This document shows, piece after piece, positions 46,175-54,832 of a DNA stretch of 64,000 nt. The notes under the pieces were generated by a model. That model did no database searches. It was given only the letters and a program-made list of their open reading frames with translations, and was not told the origin of the DNA. Location: NCBI GenBank assembly GCA_017468435.1, contig JAFUIP010000007.1, positions 33,762-97,761 on the forward strand, given 5' to 3'. How positions within the stretch are numbered: position 1 is the first letter of the stretch; every line of letters begins with the position of its first letter. Made by a program: the position numbers and the translations under genes. The stretch comes from Bacteroidales bacterium (GTDB lineage: Bacteria; Bacteroidota; Bacteroidia; Bacteroidales; UBA1402).

Positions 46175-47837
46175 ACGCCTTGTTTTCATGCTATTGGCCT
46201 TGCTGATGCTTGGATTGGTTTCTTGTGCCGGCAGCCGGAATGTGGCTTCTTCGAAATCTGCGGCTCCTGCAGCTCCTGCGAGTTCGGTTTCGAGTTCTGC
46301 GAGTTCGGTTTCGAGTTCTGCGTCGGCCACTTCTTCAGCGTCGCTTGCTGCTTCAGCGTCTTCTTCGCTTGCTTCTGCGAATTTTGCAGAGCATCTTCTT
46401 CCGAAAACGGAGTTTCTTCCTCCGAAAACGGAGTTCCGCGGCGCGTGGATTAGCACCATCAACCAGACTAAGTACGCTCAAATGAGCGACTTCCAGATGA
46501 TGCTTTACTTCGAGAATTTATTAGATTCTTTGCAGTCGGCCGGCATCAATGTGGTCTTGTTTCAAGTGCGTCCGCAATGCGATGCCTGGTATAAATCGTC
46601 CTACGAGCCTTGGAGTTGTTTCATTACCGGAAAACAAGGCAAGAATCCGGGTTGGGATCCGCTGTTTTATCTTACGGAGGCTTGCCATCGACGCAACATG
46701 GATATTCATGCTTGGATCAATCCTTATCGCGTGAAGCTGACGGTGAAAGAATCCGATTACAAAGAGCCTTTCGTGCGCAAGTATCGTCATCTGATGGTAA
46801 AGTATGGACGCAGCCTTTGGTTGGATCCCGGATTGCCTGAGTCTCAACGACATATCTTGAGGGTGGTGCGTGAAATCGTGCGCAATTACGACATAGATGG
46901 CATTCACATGGACGATTATTTCTATCCTTATCCGCTGGCCGGCCAGGCTTTTCCTGATGATAAAAGTTTTGCAAAATATGCTGCATCTCAGGGGTTTACC
47001 TCTTCTCAGAAAGCCGATTGGCGTCGTCACAATGTCAATACTTTGGTGCGCGATTTGCATAAAGTCATTCGCGAAGAAAAGCCTTGGGTTCGTTTCGGCA
47101 TCAGTCCTTTCGGCATTCATCGCAATCTGAAGCAAGATCCCGATGGCAGCAAAACCAATGGTTTGAGCAACTACGACGACCTCTATGCCGATGCGCTCAC
47201 TTGGATGCGCGAAGGTTGGATTGATTATTGTATTCCGCAGATTTACTGGGAAATAGGTCATCCGGCAGCCGATTATACCACGCTTTTGGAATGGTGGGCC
47301 AATCATACTTTTGGCGCGGCTTTGTATATAGGTCAGGATGTGGCTCGAACTATGAAACCGCATCAGCTCAGTGAAAAAATGTCGCAGGCGCGTGCGCAGT
47401 CTAATGTCTTGGGCAACTGCTTCTTTCCGGCTTATGAATTAGAAGCGAACGCTGGCGGCGTGGTCGATAGCTTACGGCGTGATTGGCATACTTATCCGGC
47501 CTTGGTTCCCGCCGACAACAGAGATTTTCATGTTCAGCCCGAACCTGTTTATTCGCTTGATGTTCATTCTGATTATCAGAAGGGTACGCATCTTGCATGG
47601 AAAACGGTTCGTAGTAAAAACGAAATGAAGAAGCCCTCGTATTTTGTGGTGTATCGTTTTCAGCAAGGCAAAGCGGAGAATCTTCAAGATCCGCGAGCCA
47701 TTGTCGGAATTTGTCGGCAGCCTTTTTTTAGTTTTCCACCGCATCCTCACAAGGGCAATTGGGTCTATCATGTGACTGCTTTCAATCGTCTTCACCAGGA
47801 AAGTGCCAGCGAGCGAATCGTTATCAGTGTGCAATAA
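46164..47837 (+). CDS. Lipoprotein of the GH10-like/UPF0748 (YddW/DigH-like) glycosyl-hydrolase family
   Basis: Lipobox 'GLVSCAG', a Ser/Ala-rich linker, then 'FRGAWISTI', 'NVVLFQVRPQCDAWY', 'HAWINPYR' and 'DGIHMDDYFYP'. The start overlaps the rnz stop by 11 nt. Confidence 0.7.
   Translation: MSGKRLVFMLLALLMLGLVSCAGSRNVASSKSAAPAAPASSVSSSASSVSSSASATSSASLAASASSSLASANFAEHLLPKTEFLPPKTEFRGAWISTINQTKYAQMSDFQMMLYFENLLDSLQSAGINVVLFQVRPQCDAWYKSSYEPWSCFITGKQGKNPGWDPLFYLTEACHRRNMDIHAWINPYRVKLTVKESDYKEPFVRKYRHLMVKYGRSLWLDPGLPESQRHILRVVREIVRNYDIDGIHMDDYFYPYPLAGQAFPDDKSFAKYAASQGFTSSQKADWRRHNVNTLVRDLHKVIREEKPWVRFGISPFGIHRNLKQDPDGSKTNGLSNYDDLYADALTWMREGWIDYCIPQIYWEIGHPAADYTTLLEWWANHTFGAALYIGQDVARTMKPHQLSEKMSQARAQSNVLGNCFFPAYELEANAGGVVDSLRRDWHTYPALVPADNRDFHVQPEPVYSLDVHSDYQKGTHLAWKTVRSKNEMKKPSYFVVYRFQQGKAENLQDPRAIVGICRQPFFSFPPHPHKGNWVYHVTAFNRLHQESASERIVISVQ
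46278..46435 (+). repeat. Two in-frame 21-bp tandem duplications within the lipoprotein linker
   Basis: GCGAGTTCGGTTTCGAGTTCT x2 (46278..46319) and TCTTC(T/C)TCCGAAAACGGAGTT x2 (46394..46435). Confidence 0.85.
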
Positions 47838-47846
47838 TCCTTGTAT

Positions 47847-48767
47847 TTATAAGGTAAAGGTGCTCAGACAGAAGTAGATACCGCAAGCCAAGGAAAGATA
47901 GGCGAGGATTTTTTCAAAAATACTTTGCACGTCGTTGAAGAAAATGCCTGTCATAATGGCGAAAGGTGCGGCAAGCAAAATCAGGAACTGGTAGCGCGAT
48001 GGCCAGAAAAGCATCATCATCAACATACAGAGTAAAGCGGTCACTATCAGCGCGGTATTGAACAAACGCAGGCTGTTGCGGCGGCTCTTGACCCCGACAC
48101 CCAGAAAATGGAAAATGCTGATGAGCGATAGGACGGCGATGCCAGCGAACAATACCCATTCATTGATAGCGGGTCGGATGGGCGAGTAGAATCCCTCAAT
48201 GCTTTGCCTGAGAACTTCGTCGAAAATATCTTGTCGGTCGAAGACAAAAGTGAGTGCCCAAAACGCGCCGATGACGGTGCCCATGCCAAACAATGATGCT
48301 ATCCATCTCTTGAAATTCAAGGTGTTGACTATATTGAAGATGATCCAAAAAACTGGTATCAGCAACAAGAATCTGGGCAGGAAAATGCCGGCTATGCTCA
48401 AGAAAAAGAAAGCATTAAACAGTCTGACCCGGCATTCATTCTGTCGGTAACATTCAAAGAAATTAAGGCAAGTAGCCAACAGGCAAGCAGAGGCGAGAAA
48501 ACTCTGAGGTTCAAACAACAGGGATGGGCAGGCGGCGTTAAGCAGAAAATAGATGGTGGCAGGGAAAATGCTCAGATTTCCAAGCAGTTCGTAATGCCTA
48601 ACCAGCAGCTGGATAAGGAATGCATTGCCGCTTACCAGCACCACATGAACAATGGCCGTCCACCAAGGCCAACCACTGCAAAGAACAACAAACAGCCCGG
48701 TGCTCACTATAAAGAGCAGACAGGCTATTTGCCATAACCAATTTGCGCGGGTCAGCCGGTGAGCCAT
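47847..48767 (-). CDS. Polytopic membrane protein, unknown function
   Basis: About 9 hydrophobic segments. No recognisable motif. Confidence 0.45.
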   Translation of the reverse strand: MAHRLTRANWLWQIACLLFIVSTGLFVVLCSGWPWWTAIVHVVLVSGNAFLIQLLVRHYELLGNLSIFPATIYFLLNAACPSLLFEPQSFLASACLLATCLNFFECYRQNECRVRLFNAFFFLSIAGIFLPRFLLLIPVFWIIFNIVNTLNFKRWIASLFGMGTVIGAFWALTFVFDRQDIFDEVLRQSIEGFYSPIRPAINEWVLFAGIAVLSLISIFHFLGVGVKSRRNSLRLFNTALIVTALLCMLMMMLFWPSRYQFLILLAAPFAIMTGIFFNDVQSIFEKILAYLSLACGIYFCLSTFTL

Positions 48768-48774
48768 TGTCGAA

Positions 48775-48815
48775 TGTTTTTACAGGTCGAAACCTTGTTT
48801 TTACAAGTCGAAACC
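48775..48815. repeat. 21-bp tandem duplication of the purD 3' end
   Basis: TGTTTTTACA(G/A)GTCGAAACC occurs twice with one mismatch. The second copy contains the last purD codons (GFDL) and the stop codon. Confidence 0.85.
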
Positions 48816-50069
48816 GATGTCGTGGCGGTAGTAAGCTCCTTCGAAGCTGATCTTCTTCACGTTTTCGTAAGACTGTGCCAATGCGGCTTCCTTGTCTTTT
48901 CCGTAAGAGCTGACTGCCAAAACGCGTCCGCCGGCGCTCACGATGGAATTTTCCTTCAAGGCAGTGCCTGCATGGAAAATCACACTGTTTTCTACTTGGT
49001 CCAATCCGCTGATAACTTTGCCTTTTTCGTAGGCTTCGGGATAACCTCCTGAAACCATCATCACCGTTACGGCAGCTCTTTCGTCGAATTCCACTTGCTT
49101 GCTGTCGAGATTTCCTTGGGCAATTCCCTCGAACAAATCCACGATGTCAGATTTCAGACGAAGCATCACCACTTCTGTTTCCGGGTCGCCCATACGCGCG
49201 TTGTATTCAATCACGTAAGGTTCCATGCCCACTTCGATCAATCCGAAGAAAATGAAACCCTTATAATCGATGTTTTCGCTGGCCAAACCTTCCACCGTCG
49301 GACGAATGATGCGGTCTTCCACCTTTTTCATAAACACTTCGTCTGCAAAAGGAACAGGCGATACGGCGCCCATGCCTCCGGTATTCAGTCCCACATTGCC
49401 TTCGCCGATGCGTTTGTAATCTTTTGCTTCAGGAAGAATCTGATAATGACGACCATCCGTCACAACGAAAACCGAGCATTCAATACCAGACAAAAATTCT
49501 TCTATGACCACGGTCTTGCTGGCATCACCAAACTTTCCTTCCAGCATGGTCTTGAGTTCGCCGATGGCTTCGTCCAAGCTTTCCAGAATCAAAACGCCCT
49601 TGCCGGCTGCCAATCCGTCTGCCTTCAGTACATAAGGAGCTTTCAAACTCTTCAGGAAATCTATGCCTTCTTCCAAGTTCTCAGCGCTGACACTCAAGTA
49701 TTTTGCTGTAGGAATATGGTGTCGCATCATGAAAGCCTTGGAGAAATCCTTGCTTCCTTCCAATCGGGCACCGCTTTTCGACGGACCGATAACGGGAATC
49801 TGCTTCAACGCTTCGTCCTGTGCAAAAAAATCGGCAACGCCTTTTACCAGAGGATCTTCCGGACCCACCACAACCATGTTGACGTCATTTGCCAATACAA
49901 AATCTTTGATGGCGCAGAAATCATCCGCCTTGATGTTGACATTTTTTCCTACTCCGCAAGTGCCCGCGTTACCGGGTGCAATGTACAGATTTTCAACTTT
50001 TTGGCTTTGAGCAATTTTCCATGCCAAGGCGTGTTCGCGGCCGCCGGAACCGAGCAGAAGAATATTCAT
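48801..50069 (-). CDS. purD: Phosphoribosylamine--glycine ligase
   Basis: '[18 protein letters not shown]', 'VVVGPEDPL', '[11 protein letters not shown]' and '[10 protein letters not shown]'. Confidence 0.95.
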   Translation of the reverse strand: MNILLLGSGGREHALAWKIAQSQKVENLYIAPGNAGTCGVGKNVNIKADDFCAIKDFVLANDVNMVVVGPEDPLVKGVADFFAQDEALKQIPVIGPSKSGARLEGSKDFSKAFMMRHHIPTAKYLSVSAENLEEGIDFLKSLKAPYVLKADGLAAGKGVLILESLDEAIGELKTMLEGKFGDASKTVVIEEFLSGIECSVFVVTDGRHYQILPEAKDYKRIGEGNVGLNTGGMGAVSPVPFADEVFMKKVEDRIIRPTVEGLASENIDYKGFIFFGLIEVGMEPYVIEYNARMGDPETEVVMLRLKSDIVDLFEGIAQGNLDSKQVEFDERAAVTVMMVSGGYPEAYEKGKVISGLDQVENSVIFHAGTALKENSIVSAGGRVLAVSSYGKDKEAALAQSYENVKKISFEGAYYRHDIGFDL

Positions 50070-50116
50070 ATAAATACTGTTTTTTTTGATGGTTCAACTC
50101 GTTTTTAACAATGATG

Positions 50117-50135
50117 CAAAAGTATAACAAAAGTA
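50117..50135 (-). promoter_or_regulatory. Two tandem -7 boxes (TACTTTTG x2 on the minus strand) upstream of purD
   Basis: Minus-strand sequence GGATACTTTTGTTATACTTTTGCATC. The proximal box is 48 nt from the ATG at 50069. Confidence 0.45.
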
Positions 50136-50142
50136 TCCAAAC

Positions 50143-52122
50143 TCAAAACTTAAATGTCAGAACACTCCCAATGCTGGTTCGTGCGCTTTCCCCTTGATAA
50201 AGAACGCTTTTCGCTCTTAAATGAATCTGAAGCCACTGCGAATGGCGATAGTTAACCAGCAGGTTGATGCCTTGACCTTTTCCGTAGAAACTCGAAAACG
50301 GCATACTCCCCGCAAGATCAGGCGTATAAAGGTAAGCGGCCATTCCCTGATCGCTATCGAACAAGGCATATTGCAAACTGATACCGACCGGCTCTTTCTC
50401 CGGCTTGTACGCAAGGTCCTGTGCAAAACAGAAAGACTGCTTACGGCCGTTGCTATTTCCGAGAAATCTTCGTTTGGCAATCTGTACCGATGTCTTGAAA
50501 CGCCACGAAGCCTGTTCCAATACCATTTGCACTTTTGCCTGTCTTTCTATTCTGTCTTGAAGCTCACGCACACCTGGCGCAGCCTCGGCAGCCGGCAGGT
50601 TCTCGCTCAGGAACTTTTCTTTGTAACGTACTCCAAGCGAAAAGATGTCATTCGGTCTCCAGTCGGCTTCAAGTTGTGCGTTCCATCCGTTCGAAGGTGC
50701 ATTCACTCCATAGCGCAGCCACTCAAATCGGTAAACGTCCACAAAACAGCGGAAGTCGCACCCTTTCATCAGTCGGAAAATTCCAGCCAAGAAAATGCCT
50801 TCTTCGTTGTTCACACCGCTTTTTTCGCTAAATGCTGAGGCAAAAGGCGCCTGATATTTCGGCTGAAATTTCCGAAGTGATAAGCTCAATTGCACGTCTT
50901 GGCTCAGTCTTCCGTTCAAGTGGCCTATCGCCGCCCAATGACCCTGATGGTCGATGGCCGATTCTCCGCCACAAAACCAATCTCCCAGTCGCCATCGCCA
51001 ATCGAGAGAGAAATTGCCACCTTGCAGACCTCTGAAATAGAACTGGTTGTATGCCTGCCATTCAGGTTGCCATTCCGCTCCGAAACGATAGTGCAAAGCA
51101 TTGGCTGCCCACTGAAACTGTCCGTGACGACTTTGGAATCGAAGTCCACCGACCCATCTGTCCGCATTCTTTCGTTTGGCTGCTTCCTTTTCCGTTCGAT
51201 GCAATCCGTCGGTCTTTAGCGAAGTGAAAACGCTGTCTTTTAGGTTGACATCAATCTTTTGAAACGAGGCAAACACAGCCAATGAAGCCTGAGGAAGTAC
51301 TTGCAATTTCGCAGCAGCACCTCGGTAAAAACCGCTCTCTGCGCAAGATTTATGCACTTTGAACGTCTGGTTTCCGCTCAACCATTGCTGCAGCGCTTGC
51401 GATTTGCCACCGAAAGCTCCCGAAGAGATTAGCAATCCTTGTCCGAAGTTTACCCGGTAATCGCCCAACAACAAGTGTTGCAGGCATTTGTTTCCTTTAT
51501 GCTCAAAATGCACACCCACATGATCCATCCATGCTTCGCCCTCGTCTTTGTCTATACTGAGGCCCATTTGCCACTGAGGTTTGCTTCGAAAACTCAATTG
51601 GTAGGCGTTCGACAATCTAGGCCCTAAATAAGCCGAGTCGCCATCTATTTTCCCCAAGCGTAAGTTGTTCTTTTGCTTTACTTGCCAACGGCCAAAGGAA
51701 AGCGAGTGCGGCTTGTCTTGTTCCGATGCTGGATCCGATGTCTGTCCGACATACACGAAAGATCTCACTTTCTGTAAGGTTAGCGGCGTCCATCCTTTCA
51801 CGAGCAACAATTCCGAGACAGCGTGCAATGGTCTGTACCTCTGTAGGTAAGCAATCAAAGATTCCTTCTCGTACAGATTCAGCATAGGCAGGGCACGGAT
51901 GCTTTCTTCGTCGATGGTATTGAGATTCAATGGCTGCTCCCAATACTCCAACAACTCATCGTACCAATCGCTCAGCTGTTCGTCGCCATACAGTTCGCCG
52001 TAGTCCTCTATGAAACTTTCGAAATCTTGTGTCCGGAGGAAATCTTGCGCCTTGAGAGATGCGACCCTTACCACAAGAAACAAACACACGATACCATGAA
52101 TAACAAAAGGGTTACATCTCAT
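50143..52122 (-). CDS. Outer-membrane-type protein with an N-terminal ComEA-like helix-hairpin-helix module and a large beta-rich C-terminal region
   Basis: 'LNTIDEESIRALPMLNLYEKESLIAYLQRYRPLHAVSELLLVKGWTPLTLQKVRSF' fits the ComEA HhH pattern. The remainder is rich in alternating aromatic/Gly strands and ends '...GSVLTFKF'. The start is uncertain (52122 or 52158). Confidence 0.55.
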   Translation of the reverse strand: MRCNPFVIHGIVCLFLVVRVASLKAQDFLRTQDFESFIEDYGELYGDEQLSDWYDELLEYWEQPLNLNTIDEESIRALPMLNLYEKESLIAYLQRYRPLHAVSELLLVKGWTPLTLQKVRSFVYVGQTSDPASEQDKPHSLSFGRWQVKQKNNLRLGKIDGDSAYLGPRLSNAYQLSFRSKPQWQMGLSIDKDEGEAWMDHVGVHFEHKGNKCLQHLLLGDYRVNFGQGLLISSGAFGGKSQALQQWLSGNQTFKVHKSCAESGFYRGAAAKLQVLPQASLAVFASFQKIDVNLKDSVFTSLKTDGLHRTEKEAAKRKNADRWVGGLRFQSRHGQFQWAANALHYRFGAEWQPEWQAYNQFYFRGLQGGNFSLDWRWRLGDWFCGGESAIDHQGHWAAIGHLNGRLSQDVQLSLSLRKFQPKYQAPFASAFSEKSGVNNEEGIFLAGIFRLMKGCDFRCFVDVYRFEWLRYGVNAPSNGWNAQLEADWRPNDIFSLGVRYKEKFLSENLPAAEAAPGVRELQDRIERQAKVQMVLEQASWRFKTSVQIAKRRFLGNSNGRKQSFCFAQDLAYKPEKEPVGISLQYALFDSDQGMAAYLYTPDLAGSMPFSSFYGKGQGINLLVNYRHSQWLQIHLRAKSVLYQGESARTSIGSVLTFKF

Positions 52123-52873
52123 AAGAAGCACACATAGACGGACCAAGACGGAAATCATAAGACAAAGCCGTACTCACACAAAACTTTCCTTGACTCCAAG
52201 CTACTCCGACAGAAGGTCGGGCAGCGGGCAACCTACATCCCAAACGAACCAGACATTTCCCCAACGCAAATTCCATGGCATAATGGCTCGTCAAGCTACG
52301 CCCGTTGTAGGCCAGTTCGCCCAGCAGGACCATGTCTTCCTGCGGTTCGTATGCGGCCGACAAATGGCAAGTATGCAGCCGCGCAAAATGCCCATCATGC
52401 CAACACAGCAAGTGCCAAAGCAGTACATGAATCTGCCAACGATCATCCGGAAAAAAACACAAGGATTGATCCGCTAAACAGTCAGCGCCCGTTCCCCTGA
52501 GACTCTGATGATAATGCACAGCGGCTCCGGCTTGCCAAGAAGATGCAAAGCGTTTCATGGCGCGCAATCCTATACCGATGTTTCCTGTCGAAACATAATC
52601 CAATGCGGCTCCATATCGCCAATCGCTCTTTTGTGCGTAGGCGGATACACTTGTTAGTAATAAATCGGGCATCAGGTACGGCAATGTTACCTTGGCATCG
52701 AAGTATCGAAGCGGGTTTGAACTTTTGATGGGTGCATACTTATTGGTTGCGGTCAAAGCTTCGCCCATGGCCATACTGCGTGCATCGGACAAAAGCACGT
52801 TCGAATTCGTTGCCTGCGGCATGGCTAAAGCGCACCACAAGCCATATAGGAATATGGTAATGAGGTTTTTCAT
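52112..52873 (-). CDS. Putative outer-membrane beta-barrel protein, unknown family
   Basis: Signal peptide 'LYGLWCALAMPQA' and 'ARSMAMGEALTA', reminiscent of porin/FadL-like N-termini. Overlaps the downstream gene. Confidence 0.4.
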   Translation of the reverse strand: MKNLITIFLYGLWCALAMPQATNSNVLLSDARSMAMGEALTATNKYAPIKSSNPLRYFDAKVTLPYLMPDLLLTSVSAYAQKSDWRYGAALDYVSTGNIGIGLRAMKRFASSWQAGAAVHYHQSLRGTGADCLADQSLCFFPDDRWQIHVLLWHLLCWHDGHFARLHTCHLSAAYEPQEDMVLLGELAYNGRSLTSHYAMEFALGKCLVRLGCRLPAARPSVGVAWSQGKFCVSTALSYDFRLGPSMCASYEM

Positions 52874-52998
52874 GGTTGTTTTTTATAAGGATATTGGTCG
52901 CAACAAAGATAAACGCCCGGTACGCCCAAACGCAAACACTTTCAGTTCATAATATTTCCTTAAAAGAAATATTTTCAACTTAAAAGAAAGAGTATTAG

Positions 52999-53030
52999 TT
53001 TGTTATCTTTATAAAACTTGTGTACCTTTG
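52999..53030 (+). promoter_or_regulatory. Canonical Bacteroidota promoter (-33 TTTG at 52999..53002, -7 TACCTTTG at 53023..53030) for the Abi gene
   Basis: Both elements are present, separated by a 20-nt spacer. Confidence 0.55.
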
Positions 53031-53039
53031 CGGCAACAT

Positions 53040-53095
53040 GTTCACCCCGCTTCTCATAAGAACAGCGCGCTCAGGGTGAACTTTTTATTTTATTT
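53040..53095 (+). terminator. Intrinsic-terminator-like hairpin occupying the Abi gene leader
   Basis: Outer stem GTTCACCC (53040..53047) / GGGTGAAC (53074..53081), an inner TTCT/AGAA stem, then CTTTTTATTTTATTT. There is no upstream + strand gene for it to terminate. Confidence 0.55.
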
Positions 53096-53102
53096 ATATA
53101 CC

Positions 53103-53999
53103 ATGATTAAAACAGTTTTCGATGCCAACTTTTTATCGTCTGGCGACCAAATCCGTTTACTTAAAACTAGAGGCCTGTCTTTTAAAGACGAGTCCAAGGC
53201 GCTACACTTGCTCGATAATATCAGCTATTTTAGGCTGAAGAGTTATCTTTTGCCATTTATAAGTAATAAACAGACAGGATTGTTTAAAATAAATTCAAGA
53301 TTTGAGGTTACATACCTGCTATATAAGTTTGACTCAGCTCTGAGAAAGCTTATTTACGTTGAGTTAGAAAAGATTGAAATATCATTGAGAACACAAGTAT
53401 CTCAGAATTTTGCCATGGCGCATGGTTTATACTGGTTCTCAGATGCTTCATTATTTAGTGATGCGTGTAAGCATTCAAATATTCTTGGAAATGTTGAAAG
53501 CGAATTAAATCGCTCAGATGATGATCAAATTTTATCATTCAAGAAAATACATAACGAACCGTTTCCTCCTAGCTGGATGACCATGGAAGTGACTTCATTC
53601 GGTACGCTTTCATTGTTATTTAAGTATATGAATAAAGGAAGAACAAAGAGAAGAGTTGCAAAGTACTACGGTATCGCAGATTCTATCTTGGAGTCCTGGA
53701 TTCATAGTTTTGTATATGTCAGAAATATCTGTGCTCATCATAGTAGGTTATGGAATAAAACATTGAGAGTGATAGCTTGTATTCCTAAAAAGACGGCTTT
53801 GCCATTTATTAAAGAAAAGGTTCAGAACGATAAGGTGTATTATATTTTGTGTATGATACGATACATGTTGCAAATAATCAGTCCAAATAGCTCATTTACA
53901 GATAGATTAAAAAGATTGTTACAGGATTATCCAAGTGTGGATATCAAAGCAATGGGCTTTCCTATACAATGGGAGTCGGAACCTCTATGGTCGTTATGA
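53103..53999 (+). CDS. Abi_2-family (AbiD/AbiF-like) abortive-infection protein
   Basis: 'ISYFRLKSYLLPF' near the N-terminus and the hallmark 'VRNICAHHSRLWN'. Visibly AT-richer than both flanks. The start is taken at MIKTVFDANF. Confidence 0.7.
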   Translation: MIKTVFDANFLSSGDQIRLLKTRGLSFKDESKALHLLDNISYFRLKSYLLPFISNKQTGLFKINSRFEVTYLLYKFDSALRKLIYVELEKIEISLRTQVSQNFAMAHGLYWFSDASLFSDACKHSNILGNVESELNRSDDDQILSFKKIHNEPFPPSWMTMEVTSFGTLSLLFKYMNKGRTKRRVAKYYGIADSILESWIHSFVYVRNICAHHSRLWNKTLRVIACIPKKTALPFIKEKVQNDKVYYILCMIRYMLQIISPNSSFTDRLKRLLQDYPSVDIKAMGFPIQWESEPLWSL

Positions 54000-54114
54000 G
54001 ATATTTACTTTTTGTGAGGTTCTTAATTTACATCTTTTGCTTTATCTTCGCCTTTCGAAAAGATTGGTGCGCGCACAGTGAGTATTGTGCCGTGGATTTT
54101 GCCCGAATACAAAG

Positions 54115-54771
54115 ATGAAAAAGACGATGATTATACTGTGTATGGGGCTGCTGATGCTGTCGGCAGGCAATCTTCGTGCAGGTGAAAAATCGCAGCCAAC
54201 AAGCGAAAAATCGCGGCCGGCAAGCTCAATATCGCAGCCAATCTCGCAAGTGCCGCTGCAGACGGTACCCGCATATATAGATGCGCAGGGCGATACCATT
54301 CCCACCATTTTGTTGCGACCTTTTGTAAAGTACGGGCCCGAAACAGTTATGACAGCCAAGCAGGAAAAGTACTATTGGCGCTTGGTGCGAGATGTGCGTA
54401 AGTGTCTGCCATTGGCCAAGTTGGCTGCGAATACCATGATTGAAACCACCGAGTATATTCGCACGTTGCCCACGCAGGAAGAGCGCGAAAAACACCTGCG
54501 GAAAATGGAGCGAGACCTTATTAAAGAATACGAACCTGTGCTACGAAAAATGTCGTACAGCCAAGGAAAAGTGCTGTTGAAACTGATTGTACGCGAATGT
54601 AATTCAACACCTTACGAAATACTACAGGCTTATCTGGGCAATTTTGCCGCCGATTTTTGGCAGACCGTTGCCCGCCTTTTCACCGCCGACCTCAAAATGG
54701 ACTACCATCCTGACGGCAAAGACGCTCTCATCGAAAAAATCGCCACAAAAATAGAGCAAGGCGAGTTGTAA
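54115..54771 (+). CDS. DUF4294-like secreted protein
   Basis: Signal peptide, then 'KQEKYYWRLVRDVRKCLPLAK...MSYSQGKVLLKLIVRECNSTPYEILQAYLG', recalled as DUF4294. Confidence 0.5.
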   Translation: MKKTMIILCMGLLMLSAGNLRAGEKSQPTSEKSRPASSISQPISQVPLQTVPAYIDAQGDTIPTILLRPFVKYGPETVMTAKQEKYYWRLVRDVRKCLPLAKLAANTMIETTEYIRTLPTQEEREKHLRKMERDLIKEYEPVLRKMSYSQGKVLLKLIVRECNSTPYEILQAYLGNFAADFWQTVARLFTADLKMDYHPDGKDALIEKIATKIEQGEL

Positions 54772-54832
54772 AAAAGCCCCGGAACGAAATGATAGATGTT
54801 CGTCCGAGGCTTATTAGTTGAAATTCTTTTTT

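Noticed and set aside
46007-46462. Antisense ORF encoding an acidic AEL/ETE repeat opposite the lipoprotein linker.
   Set aside because: It is the reverse-complement reading of the Ser/Ala-rich linker repeats of a well-supported gene, and there is no independent start context.
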